Assembly: GCF_009914755.1 (NCBI RefSeq)
Contig: NC_060926.1
Reading direction: 5' to 3' (one strand)
Length of the DNA: 64,000 nucleotides
Source: the human T2T-CHM13v2.0 reference genome, Homo sapiens
The notes under the pieces: generated by a model
The model's database searches: none
What the model was told of the DNA's origin: nothing
The model's input: the letters and a program-made list of their open reading frames with translations, nothing else
Shown: one piece after another, positions 1-11,652 of the stretch
Numbering within the stretch: position 1 is the first letter of the stretch
Layout of the letters: the number at the start of each line of letters is the position of its first letter
Translations under genes and position numbers: made by a program

Positions 1-40
1 GTCTCATTAGATTACTCTTTAATTTTTAAAATTGTTTTAA

Positions 41-323
41 TTTTTTTTTTTTCAAAACATAGTCTGACTGTCACCTAGGCTGGAGTGAAGTGCTGTGATC
101 TCGGCTCACTGCACCCTCGACCTGCCTGAGCTCAGGTGATTCTCCTGCCTCAGCCTCCTGAGTAGCTGGGATTACAGCCCTGTGCCACCACGCCCAGCTA
201 ATTTTTGTATTTTTAGTAAAGACGGGGTTTCGCCATGTTGGCCAGGCTGGTCTCAAACTCCAGGGCTCAAGCAATCTGCCTGCCTCAGCCTCCCAAAGTG
301 CTGGGAACCACCAACACCTGGCC
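41..323 (-). mobile_element. Alu (older J/S type) in left arm; paralogous copy at 9723-10003 (+)
   Basis: Alu consensus blocks with poly-T; both copies share the same internal deletion near the Alu 5' end (gctgggaaccacc). Confidence 0.9.
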
Positions 324-514
324 TGTTTTAAAATTATTTTTAATTTTTTATTATTTTAACTTTTTAATTTTTTTAATTTTTGTTTTTTTTAAATTTTTAA
401 ATATTTATTTTATTCCATTTTTAAAATGTTTAAGTTTTTAAATTTCTTAAAGGCCTTACCAGTAGCATCATGTCGTACTCATCCTCTTCTTGCTATTCTA
501 ATCTTCTCCCTCCC

Positions 515-570
515 TACATATATACACACACACGTACACACACACACGTACACACACACACATGCACGTA
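515..570. repeat. Interrupted (CA)n microsatellite; shorter paralog (TG)n at ~9190-9232
   Basis: tacatatatacacacacacgtacacacacacacgtacacacacacacatgcacgtaca. Confidence 0.9.
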
Positions 571-1659
571 CAGCAACACTCCAGCCCATTGCCTCACAGA
601 TTGCTATGCACCAACAGGCCTAAAATTAAAATAGTAATAGCAATGTAGTCACAAATATAAAATAATATAAAATTATTCTGCCACGAAGATCTTTTTTTTT
701 TTGAGAAAAATACAACTTTTTAGAGCAAAAATATAGGGCAGCAACAGGAAGGCTCATTTTAAGCTGTTACGCTGCGTAGAGCTGCACCTTCACATGGCCT
801 GTGAAAATACCTATTCACTGAATTTGGATTGTAATCAATAATTACCAGCCTAGAAGACCTCTGAAAGTTTGATCATTTTCTTCCCTCTGGGCAGGCAAAT
901 CTTCCCTGCATAGAGACACTGTGAGCTGGAAGGGAGTTCCTTCTCTCAGTGCGTCCTCTGTGCCTGCTTTTCCCATTTGCGTTTTTGAGAGTTCAGAACT
1001 CCAGGAAGGATCATCCTATGCTGGAGATTTCCCCGTGAACGTTTCCTTCTGCACAGAGCAAATCAGGGAGACTTGGCCCCTCTGTTCCGTCTATGGACTC
1101 TAGAGGCGTATCTGTCTTTTTAGTCTGTTAGCCGAGGCTGTTAGACATGTTGGCCTTAGTTCTTACACAGCTTGCAGAGAAAATAAGATTGTTATAGAAC
1201 CAATACTCATGGTCTATGGGTTAATGTAGCATTGGCAAGACTGCCCATGAGGGCAGGCAAGGGATTTACCGTCTGGCAAAATACAAACACCTTAGTCTTT
1301 TGGCTTTCAGTTAACAAATATGACGTCGCATTTGGCCCTATTACAGCTACAGTTAAGTGCACACACATTTCTTTTCTCCCATTATTCGATTTGCACATGC
1401 TCACAAATCCAAAAGTAATGACATACTTGCATTAAAAGATATCTAAATTTTGATGAGTGTTGTAATGAACAGGAAAAATTATTCTATCATCTACAAATCT
1501 TTTCAAACTTGGGTTTTCTTTGCAAGGTCCTTAAGTTTCGCCTGAGTCCAATATTTCTTATGCAGCAGAGACACAATCATTGCCAACTGATCACCATACA
1601 CTGGATTTTCATCCTCAATAAGCCCGAGTGTAAGATCCATGCCTCTGCTTCACACTCAC

Positions 1660-1714
1660 CTGTCTTCAGTCAGTGCTCCTCCTTAGAGGTGGTGAGCCCA
1701 CAGCGATTTATATA
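1660..1714 (-). promoter_or_regulatory. LYG1: TATA promoter + short non-coding first exon + 5' splice site, probably LYG1 exon 1
   Basis: Minus strand reads TATATAAA (1714-1707), then ...GGAGCACTGACTGAAGACAG|GTGAGT with a consensus donor after 1660. Gene identity is inferred only from recalled gene order (LYG1 lies downstream of TXNDC9 on the same strand); no LYG1 coding sequence is in the window. Confidence 0.6.
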
Positions 1715-1994
1715 GAGTCCTGTTCTCTTGTTAAAAGTGTTCATCTCATCCTATTTTGGAGAGATTTATGACATCTCATAAATTATAATAATAATCATAA
1801 TTATTATAAATACTCCGAACTTATATAGGGCCTTTTATTCGAGAATGTCCTGGCATTTTGCAAACATTAACCAATCTGTTTCTTGCCATACCTCAGAAGG
1901 CAGATCCTAGTTGTAGTTTAACTTTGACACATTGAGGTCCAACACTTGTCTTTATTCACATCATTTTCTGGGAATGTGGGTTAGGTAAGAAAAC

Positions 1995-2137
1995 AAGGAA
2001 GGAAGAGAGAGAGAAAGAGAGAGAGAGTGAGAAGGAGAGAGAGAGTGAGAAGGGGAAGGGAGGAAGGGAAGAGGAAGGGAGGAAGGGAAGGAAGAAAGAA
2101 AAGGAAGAAGGAAGGAAGGAAGGGAGGGAGGGAGGGA
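1995..2137. repeat. Purine-rich (GA)n/(GGAA)n low-complexity tract; paralog (CT)n/(TTCC)n at ~7617-7765
   Basis: gagagagaga...ggaagggagg arrays that differ slightly in length between arms. Confidence 0.9.
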
Positions 2138-2201
2138 ATTGAACTTGGTGTGTCAGAAACTCATTATTGGTTTGTATTTCAGGTAAGCAGAGCGCCTAGA
2201 C

Positions 2202-2393
2202 CAGGGGTTGGCAGCTTTTTCTTACAGGCCCAGACAGGTTTTTGGGCTACGTGGTCTTTATAATGCCTCTGACATTGTAGCATGAGAGTGATCATAGATA
2301 ATATTTAAATGAATGGCCAAGACTGTGTTCCAAAAAAAAAACTTTCTTTACTACACAGGTGGTGGCCCTAGGGCCGTAGGTTGCTGGCCCCTG
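2202..2393 (+). mobile_element. MER58A-like hAT-Charlie MITE; paralog at 7364-7552 (-)
   Basis: Terminal inverted repeats caggggttggc ... gctggcccctg; internal ctgtgttccaaaaaaactttctttactacacagg resembles MER58A. Confidence 0.75.
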
Positions 2394-2724
2394 TTCTGAA
2401 CCACCGAGAGATACCAGTTCACATGTCCTCAGTTCAGCAATGTGGGGAGAGATGATCGGCTGGATGATGCTATTTTACAGACACCCAGGACCTACAGCGT
2501 GTTCCAAATGTCTACATCAATAAGTACTTTGAGAGGGTTCATATGAAGTTTCCAGGAAGGATTCTTTCCCAAGTTGTGGAAAGGGTGCATTTCATGACTG
2601 AAAGAGGGAGCCCCCTCCCTCACCACACCCTGTGCCCCAGCTCAGCTGAACAGCTTGATTTTCCCCAAACACAGCGCCATTCTTTGCACTAGGCATTCCT
2701 ACAGGATCTTTCCTTTTTATCTAA

Positions 2725-3260
2725 ACCCTCAGGGACAGGGGCTGTGTCTCATTCGTCTTTATAATACCAGCATGCAACACTCTGCATGATACATATTAGA
2801 CACTCAGTAAAACACGTGGAATCAATGGCTTGCTTATCGGCTGACTGGTATACAGTCTGTTTCTTCTGCATCCCCTGCCTTAGCTCCCTCCCCATACCAC
2901 AACTCAAACACAAGCTCCGTGAGAGCTGTGAATCTGGCTACTTCATTTATAAGACTGAGTCTTCAGTGCCCAGATAACAGCCTGGCACACTGTAAGTGTT
3001 CAGTAAATCTTTGTTGAATCAGTCAATGACTGAAGAATTCCTACAACCTCACCCAGCAAGATTTGGACTGGGCTTCCAATGCTGGGCCCCAGGTTAGACG
3101 TGTGTTCCTTGTGTTTCAAGCAACATGTGGATATTTCTACCATAGCACCTACAGCACTTTGGTTTGTTGTTGTCTTGAGAACAAAAACAAAGGCTTTTTT
3201 CTCCTGTATTCCTTATGGCACATAAGGGGTATTCAGTACATGTTTACGGAATGAGTAAAT
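2725..3260 (+). mobile_element. L2 3'-end remnants (several)
   Basis: Repeated motifs similar to L2 ...cctggcacatagtaggcgctcaataaatatttgttgaatgaatg near 2800, 3000 and 3230. Confidence 0.6.
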
Positions 3261-3350
3261 GAATGATTTAAAGCGTATTTATGACTTTTTGGAAGTCACT
3301 CACTCTGCATCCCCAGTGCAGACATTGAGGGTTAAGATTTTGTTATTCTC

Positions 3351-3645
3351 AGCCGGGCACAGAGCCTCACGTCTGTAATCCCAGCGCTTTGGGAGGCCGA
3401 GGCAGGTGGATCACTTGAGGTCAGGAGTTCGGACCAGCCTGGCCAACATGGCGAAACCCCATCTCTACTAAAAATACAAAAATTATCCAGGCATGGTGGC
3501 ACACACCAGTAATCCCAGCTACTCGGGAGGCTGAGGCAGGAGAATCAGTTGAACCAAGAGGGAGAGGTTGCAGTAAGCCAAGATCATGCCAGTGTACTCC
3601 AGCCTGGGCCACAGAGCAAGCCTCCATCTGAAAAAAAAAAAAAAG
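3351..3645 (+). mobile_element. AluS with target-site duplication
   Basis: Full Alu; TSD aagattttgttattctc / aagattttgtttttctc. Confidence 0.92.
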
Positions 3646-4321
3646 AAGATTTTGTTTTTCTCTACTTGTGACTGAGATGGTGAGACCACAAGGCAGGGCA
3701 CTGTGAGCAAGGGTCCAGATTTGGACACCCAGGGAGTTCCTGAACTTTAACTCTGGGAGGGGAGTGTGAGAACACTGGGTTCCTCTCGGTTGTTGGCAGA
3801 GTTGGGGTAAAAAGAGAACTAATGCACCCATTAAAAACTCTATCCTGACCCCCAAAATGGAACTCATCCATTTTATTTTTTCCACCAAGCTCTAGCACAT
3901 ACCAACAATTAAAAGGTATTACAGTGTGGGGAAATCTGGGGATGCCCAGCTCCACCTACAAAAGCACCCTGTCATCAGCCCAGAGGGCCATGTTAGCATC
4001 CTGGGAGGTTCTCCTGGGCAGCAGCCAGCATGTTGCCTGGCAAAGGCTCCACAGAGACGAAATGGCTTCTCACAAACCCTGCCTCTCTATGATGACTTCC
4101 ACCTCCTCACCTGCTGCACCTGGGTCCCCACCCTAAGAATCCTAGAAGCTGAGGAGGTCGTTCTCCATCCAGCCTCCGGGACACTCCGCAGGCACATGAC
4201 GGTCAGATTTATGTTTTAAAAAGTGTCCCCTGGCTGCTGATTGCATTGGAGGTGAGCCAGAGTGACTCGGGAGACTTCACAGAAGACCAGAAGAGAGATG
4301 ATGGTTGGACTAGAGTGACGG

Positions 4322-5103
4322 GGCTATGGCTTGGCTGTGTCTCCACTGAAATCTCATCTCAAATTGTAGCTTCCATAATTCCCTTGCATTGTGGGAGGGA
4401 CACAGTGGGAGACAATTGAATCATGGAGGCAGTTTCCCCCATACTGTTCTCCTGGTAGTGAATAAGTCTCAAGAGATCTGATGATTTTATAAGAAGAAAC
4501 CCCGGCCGGGCACGGTGGCTCACGCCTGTAATCCCAGCACTTTGGGAGGCCCAGGCAGGCGGATCACGAGCTCAAGAGATAGAGAACATCCTGGCTAACA
4601 CAGTGAAACCCCGTCTCCACTAAAAATACAAAAAAATTAGCCAGGCGTGGTGGGGGCACCTGAGACTTCAGGGGATTGTTGGGAAGGCAAGATTGGTTTT
4701 GAAATGTGAGGACATGAGATTTGGGAGGGGTCAGAAGTGGAATGATATGATTTGGCTCTGTCCCCACCAAAATCTCATCTCAAATTGTAGCTTGCATAAT
4801 TGCCTTGTGTTGTGGGAGGGACCCAGTGGGAGACAATTGAATCATGGAGGCAGTTTCCCCCATACTGTTCTCATGGTAGTGTATAAGTCTCATGAGATCT
4901 GATGATTTTATAAGAGGAAACCCCTTTCACTTGGCTCTCACTCTTCTCTTGTCTGCTGCCATGTGAGACATGCCTTTCACCTTCCGCCATGATTGTGAGG
5001 CCTCCCCAGACACGTGGAACTGTGAATCTGTTAAACCTCTTGCTTTTGTAAATTGCTCAGTCTCAGGTATGTCTTTATCAGCAGCATGAAAGTGGCTAAG
5101 AGA
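4322..5103 (+). mobile_element. Internally deleted THE1 (MaLR) element: partial 5' LTR 4322-4503, Alu 5' part 4504-4662, internal 3' end 4663-4742, full 3' LTR 4743-5103
   Basis: Two copies of the THE1 LTR start (tgatatg..tggct.tgtc.ccac..aaatctcatc); purine tract gggaggggtcagaagtggaa precedes the second LTR; LTR end ...gtctttatcagcagcatgaaa. Confidence 0.88.
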
Positions 5104-5459
5104 AAAAGGAAAGATATTACAGATCTATTTTAGAGGTGGAATTGACAGGACTCAGTTTGGGACAAGACGCCAAGGATGAGAGCAAAGAAGAGGACATAAG
5201 TGCCTGGGAGGATGGTACTAAGTCTGGAATGCTGAAGATGAAAGCACATTTACCAAAGAAGATGAAGTTTTAGGCTGGGTGGAGTGGCTCACGTCTGTGG
5301 TTCCAACACTTTAGGAGGTCAAGGCACTTCAAGACCAGCCTGGGCAACATAGCAACATCCTGTCTCAATTTATGAAAAAGAAAAAGAAAGGATTATGTTT
5401 TAACTCCCATGTAACAAACCTACACGTGTACACCTCAATCTAAAAATGTTTTTAAAGAG

Positions 5460-6495
<1,036 letters not shown>

Positions 6496-6513
6496 TTACA
6501 AAATATATAATAT

Positions 6514-6800
6514 CTTTTTATTTTGAGACGGAGTCTCGCTCTGTCACCCAGGTGGAGTGAGCGTGATCTCAGCTCACTGCAACCTCCGCCTCCTGGGTTC
6601 ACACCATTCTCCTGCCTCAGCCTCCCGAGTAGCTGGGACTACAGTAGCCTGCCACCATGCCCGGCTAATTTTTTGTATTTCTAGTAGAGGCGGGGTTTCA
6701 CCGTGTTAGCCAGGATGGTCTCGATCTACTGACCTCATGATCCGCCGGCCTCAGCCTCCCAAAGTGCTGGGATTACAGGCATGAGCCACCACACCCTGCC
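6514..6800 (-). mobile_element. Alu (Y/Sc-like)
   Basis: ttagccaggatggtctcgatct diagnostic block. Confidence 0.9.
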
Positions 6801-7725
6801 TCATGATTTCTTATAAGTAAAAAACACACAAAAAAGGAGAGACCAGAGAATTAATCCAGCCATCTAAATGGACATTGAACCCACTCAGCATGACAGAGTC
6901 AAGAATAAGACTTTGAGACAAGTGTGAACGTTTTCTTGAAAAAGTGAGGATCCAGGAGGTCTGAAAGGACAAGCCAGGGACATGGTGGCTCATAGCACAA
7001 GTTTCTGAGACACAGCCCCTGTCCCTGAGGGGTTAGATAAAAAGCAAACAGCCTGTAGGAAGGCCTAATGCAAAGAATGGCGCTGTGTTTGGGGAAAATC
7101 AAGCTGCTTAGTTGAGTTGGGGCACAGGGTGTGGTGAGGGAGGGGGCTCCCTCTTTCAGTCGTGAAATGCACCCTTTCCACAACTTGGGAAGGAATCCTT
7201 CCTGGAAACTTCATATGAACCCTCTCAAAGTACTTATCGATGTAGACATTTGGAACATGCTGTAGGTCCTGGGTGTCTGTAAAATAGCATCATCCAGCCG
7301 ATCATCTCTCCCCACATTGCTGAACTGAGGACATGTGAACTGGTATCTCTCGGTGGTTCAGAACAGGGGCCAGCAACCTACGGCCCTAGGGCCACCACCT
7401 GTGTAGTAAAGAAAGTTTTTTTGGAACACAGTCTTGGCCATTCATTTAAATATTATCTATGATCACTCTCATGCTACAATGTCAGAGGCATTATAAAGAC
7501 CACGTAGCCCAAAAACCTGTCTGGGCCTGTAAGAAAAAGCTGCCAACCCCTGGTCTAGGCGCTCTGCTTACCTGAAATACAAACCAATAATGAGTTTCTG
7601 ACACACCAAGTTCAATTCCCTCCCTCCCTCCCTTCCTTCCTTCCTTCCTTCCTTTTTCCTTTTCTTCCTTCCCTTCCTCCCTTCCTCTTCCCTTCCTCCC
7701 TTCCCCTTCTCACTCTCTCTCTCTT

Positions 7726-7756
<31 letters not shown>

Positions 7757-8045
7757 TCCTTCCTTGTTTTCTTACCTAACCCACATTCCCAGAAAATGAT
7801 GTGAATAAAGACAAGTGTTGGACCTCAATGTGTCAAAGTTAAACTACAACTAGGATCTGCCTTCTGAGGTATGGCAAGAAACAAATTGGTTAATGTTTGC
7901 AAAATGCCAGGACATTCTTGAATAAAAGGCCCTATATAAGTTCAAAGTATTTATAATTATTATGATTATTATTATAATTTATGAGATGTCATAAATCTCT
8001 CCAAAATAGGATGAGATGAACACTTTTAACAAGAGAACAGGACTC

Positions 8046-8100
8046 TATATAAATCGCTGTGGGCTCACCACCTCTAAGGAGGAGCACTGACTGAAGACAG
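8046..8100 (+). promoter_or_regulatory. Identical duplicate of the TATA/first-exon/donor module, facing TXNDC9
   Basis: TATATAAA at 8046-8053; GAAGACAG|GTGAGT at 8100/8101; exact reverse complement of 1660-1714. Confidence 0.7.
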
Positions 8101-9329
8101 GTGAGTGTGAAGCAGAGGCATGGATCTTACACTCGGGCTTATTGAGGATGAAAATCCAGTGTATGGTGATCAGTTGGCAATGATTGTGTCTCTGCTGCAT
8201 AAGAAATATTGGACTCAGGCGAAACTTAAGGACCTTGCAAAGAAAACCCAAGTTTGAAAAGATTTGTAGATGATAGAATAATTTTTCCTGTTCATTACAA
8301 CACTCATCAAAATTTAGATATCTTTTAATGCAAGTATGTCATTACTTTTGGATTTGTGAGCATGTGCAAATCGAATAATGGGAGAAAAGAAATGTGTGTG
8401 CACTTAACTGTAGCTGTAATAGGGCCAAATGCGACGTCATATTTGTTAACTGAAAGCCAAAAGACTAAGGTGTTTGTATTTTGCCAGACGGTAAATCCCT
8501 TGCCTGCCCTCATGGGCAGTCTTGCCAATGCTACATTAACCCATAGACCATGAGTATTGGTTCTATAACAGTCTTATTTTCTCTGCAAGCTGTGTAAGAA
8601 CTAAGGCCAACATGTCTAACAGCCTCGGCTAACAGACTAAAAAGACAGATACACCTCTAGAGTCCATAGACGGAACAGAGGGGCCAAGTCTCTCTGATTT
8701 GCTCTTTGTGCAGAAGGAAACATTCATGGGGAAATCTCCAGCATAGGATGATCCTTCCTGGAGTTCTGAACTCTCAAAAACGCAAATGGGAAAAGCAGGC
8801 ACAGAGGACGCACTGAGAGAAGGAACTCCCTTCCAGCTCACAGTGTCTCTATGCAGGGAAGATTTGCCTGCCCAGAGGGAAGAAAATGATCAAACTTTCA
8901 GAGGTCTTCTAGGCTGGTAATTATTGATTACAATCCAAATTCAGTGAATAGGTATTTTCACAGGCCATGTGAAGGTGCAGCTCTACACAGCATAACAGCT
9001 TAAAATGAGCCTTCCTGTTGCTGCCCTATATTTTTGCTCTAAAAAGTTGTATTTTTCTCAAGAAAACATGATCTTAGTGGCAGAATAATTTTATATTATT
9101 TTATATTTGTGACTACACTGCTATTACTATTTTAATTTTAGGCCTGTTGGTGCATAGCAATCTGTGAGGCAATGGGCTGGAATGTTGCTGTACATGCATG
9201 TGTGTGTGTGTGTGTACGTGTGTGTGTGTATGTAGGGAGGGAGAAGATTAGAATAACAAGAGGAGGATGAGTACGATGTGATTCAACTGGAAAGGCCTTT
9301 AACAAATTTAAAAATTTAAACATTTTTAA

Positions 9330-9622
<293 letters not shown>

Positions 9623-10085
9623 AAAGTAAAATAAATATTAAAAAAATTTAAAAACATTAAAACAAAAATTTTAAAAAATTAAAAAGTACAAATAATAAAA
9701 AATTAAAAATAGCTTTAAAATAGGCCTGGTGCTGGTGGTTCCCAGCACTTTGGGAGGCTGAGGCAGGTGGATTGCTTGAGCCCTAGAGTTTGAGACCAGC
9801 CTGGCCCGCATGACGAAACCCCGTCTTTACTAAAAATACAAAAATTAGCTGGGCGTGGTGGCACACGATTGTAATCCCAGCTACTCAGGAAGCTGAGGCA
9901 GGAGGATCACCTGAGCTCAGGCAGGTCGAGGGTGGAGTGAACCGAGATCATGTCACTTCACTCCAGTCTGGGTGACAGTGAGACTCTGTCTCGAAAAAAA
10001 AAATTAAAACAATTTTAAAAATTAAAGAGTAATCTAATGAGACATTCTTACAGGCTTATAATGGTGAGATGATTCCACAATTTTG

Positions 10086-11088
<1,003 letters not shown>

Positions 11089-11134
11089 AGAGCGGTGGTT
11101 TTCAATGGCTGCTCATTAGAATGATTGGAATCAC

Positions 11135-11470
11135 TAATGTGATTCCAGCCTACTCCCTGGAACCTATGTACATGTTAAGTTACATGGCAGAGGAGACTCC
11201 AGTTAGTAGATGGAATTAAGGTTCCTCATCATCTGACCTTAAAAGAGATAGGATATCCTGAATTATCAAGGTGGGCCCTTAAATGTGGAAGATGGAGGCA
11301 GAAGAGTCAGTTTCACAGAGATGGAACCAGCTCTTGCTGCCTTTGAAGATAGAGGGAAGGGGCCAGGCGCTAGGGACTCTTGTCTCTAAAAATAAATAAA
11401 TTAAAAAAAATAAACTTACATTGTTTTAAGCCACCAACATTGTGGTAATTTTTACAGCAGCAGTGGGCAA
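11135..11470 (+). mobile_element. MLT1-type MaLR LTR remnant
   Basis: gatggaattaaggtt...ctgaccttaaaa and ataaacttacattgttttaagccacc...acagcagcagtgggcaac. Confidence 0.7.
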
Positions 11471-11652
11471 CGCAGCCACATTTATGAACCACTGCAGGAG
11501 GGGTTCTGCTGCCTCTTGGCCATCGTTTGCCAAAATCTTTTCTCCGTTCCTTCCTGAGAGGCAAAGGCTAGTCCCAGCTGTTTCCAGTCTTCTTGATCAG
11601 AATTTTTCCCTTTACTTAAGAGATTCACCCTGCTTTAGTTGTAATTTGTGTC

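Larger units (their letters stand above)
1..2751. repeat. Left arm of a ~2.75 kb inverted segmental duplication (may extend left of the window)
   Basis: Reverse complement of 7006-10043. Position 1 gtctcattagattactc pairs with 10043, and the inner end ...ggctgtgtctca (2751) pairs with tgagacacagcc (7006). ORF-track peptides are mirrored (1207-1404/8356-8553, 1232-1435/8325-8528, 1509-1715/8045-8251; coordinates sum to 9760). Confidence 0.98.

Noticed and set aside
1-1659. LYG1 (goose-type lysozyme) coding sequence
   Set aside because: No lysozyme-like peptide visible; coding exons would lie left of the window, so only the promoter is tentatively assigned
921-1715. ORFs of 60-70 aa duplicated in both arms
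   Set aside because: Identity is explained by the DNA duplication; non-ATG starts, no recognisable domain, and one pair differs by a 2 bp frameshift
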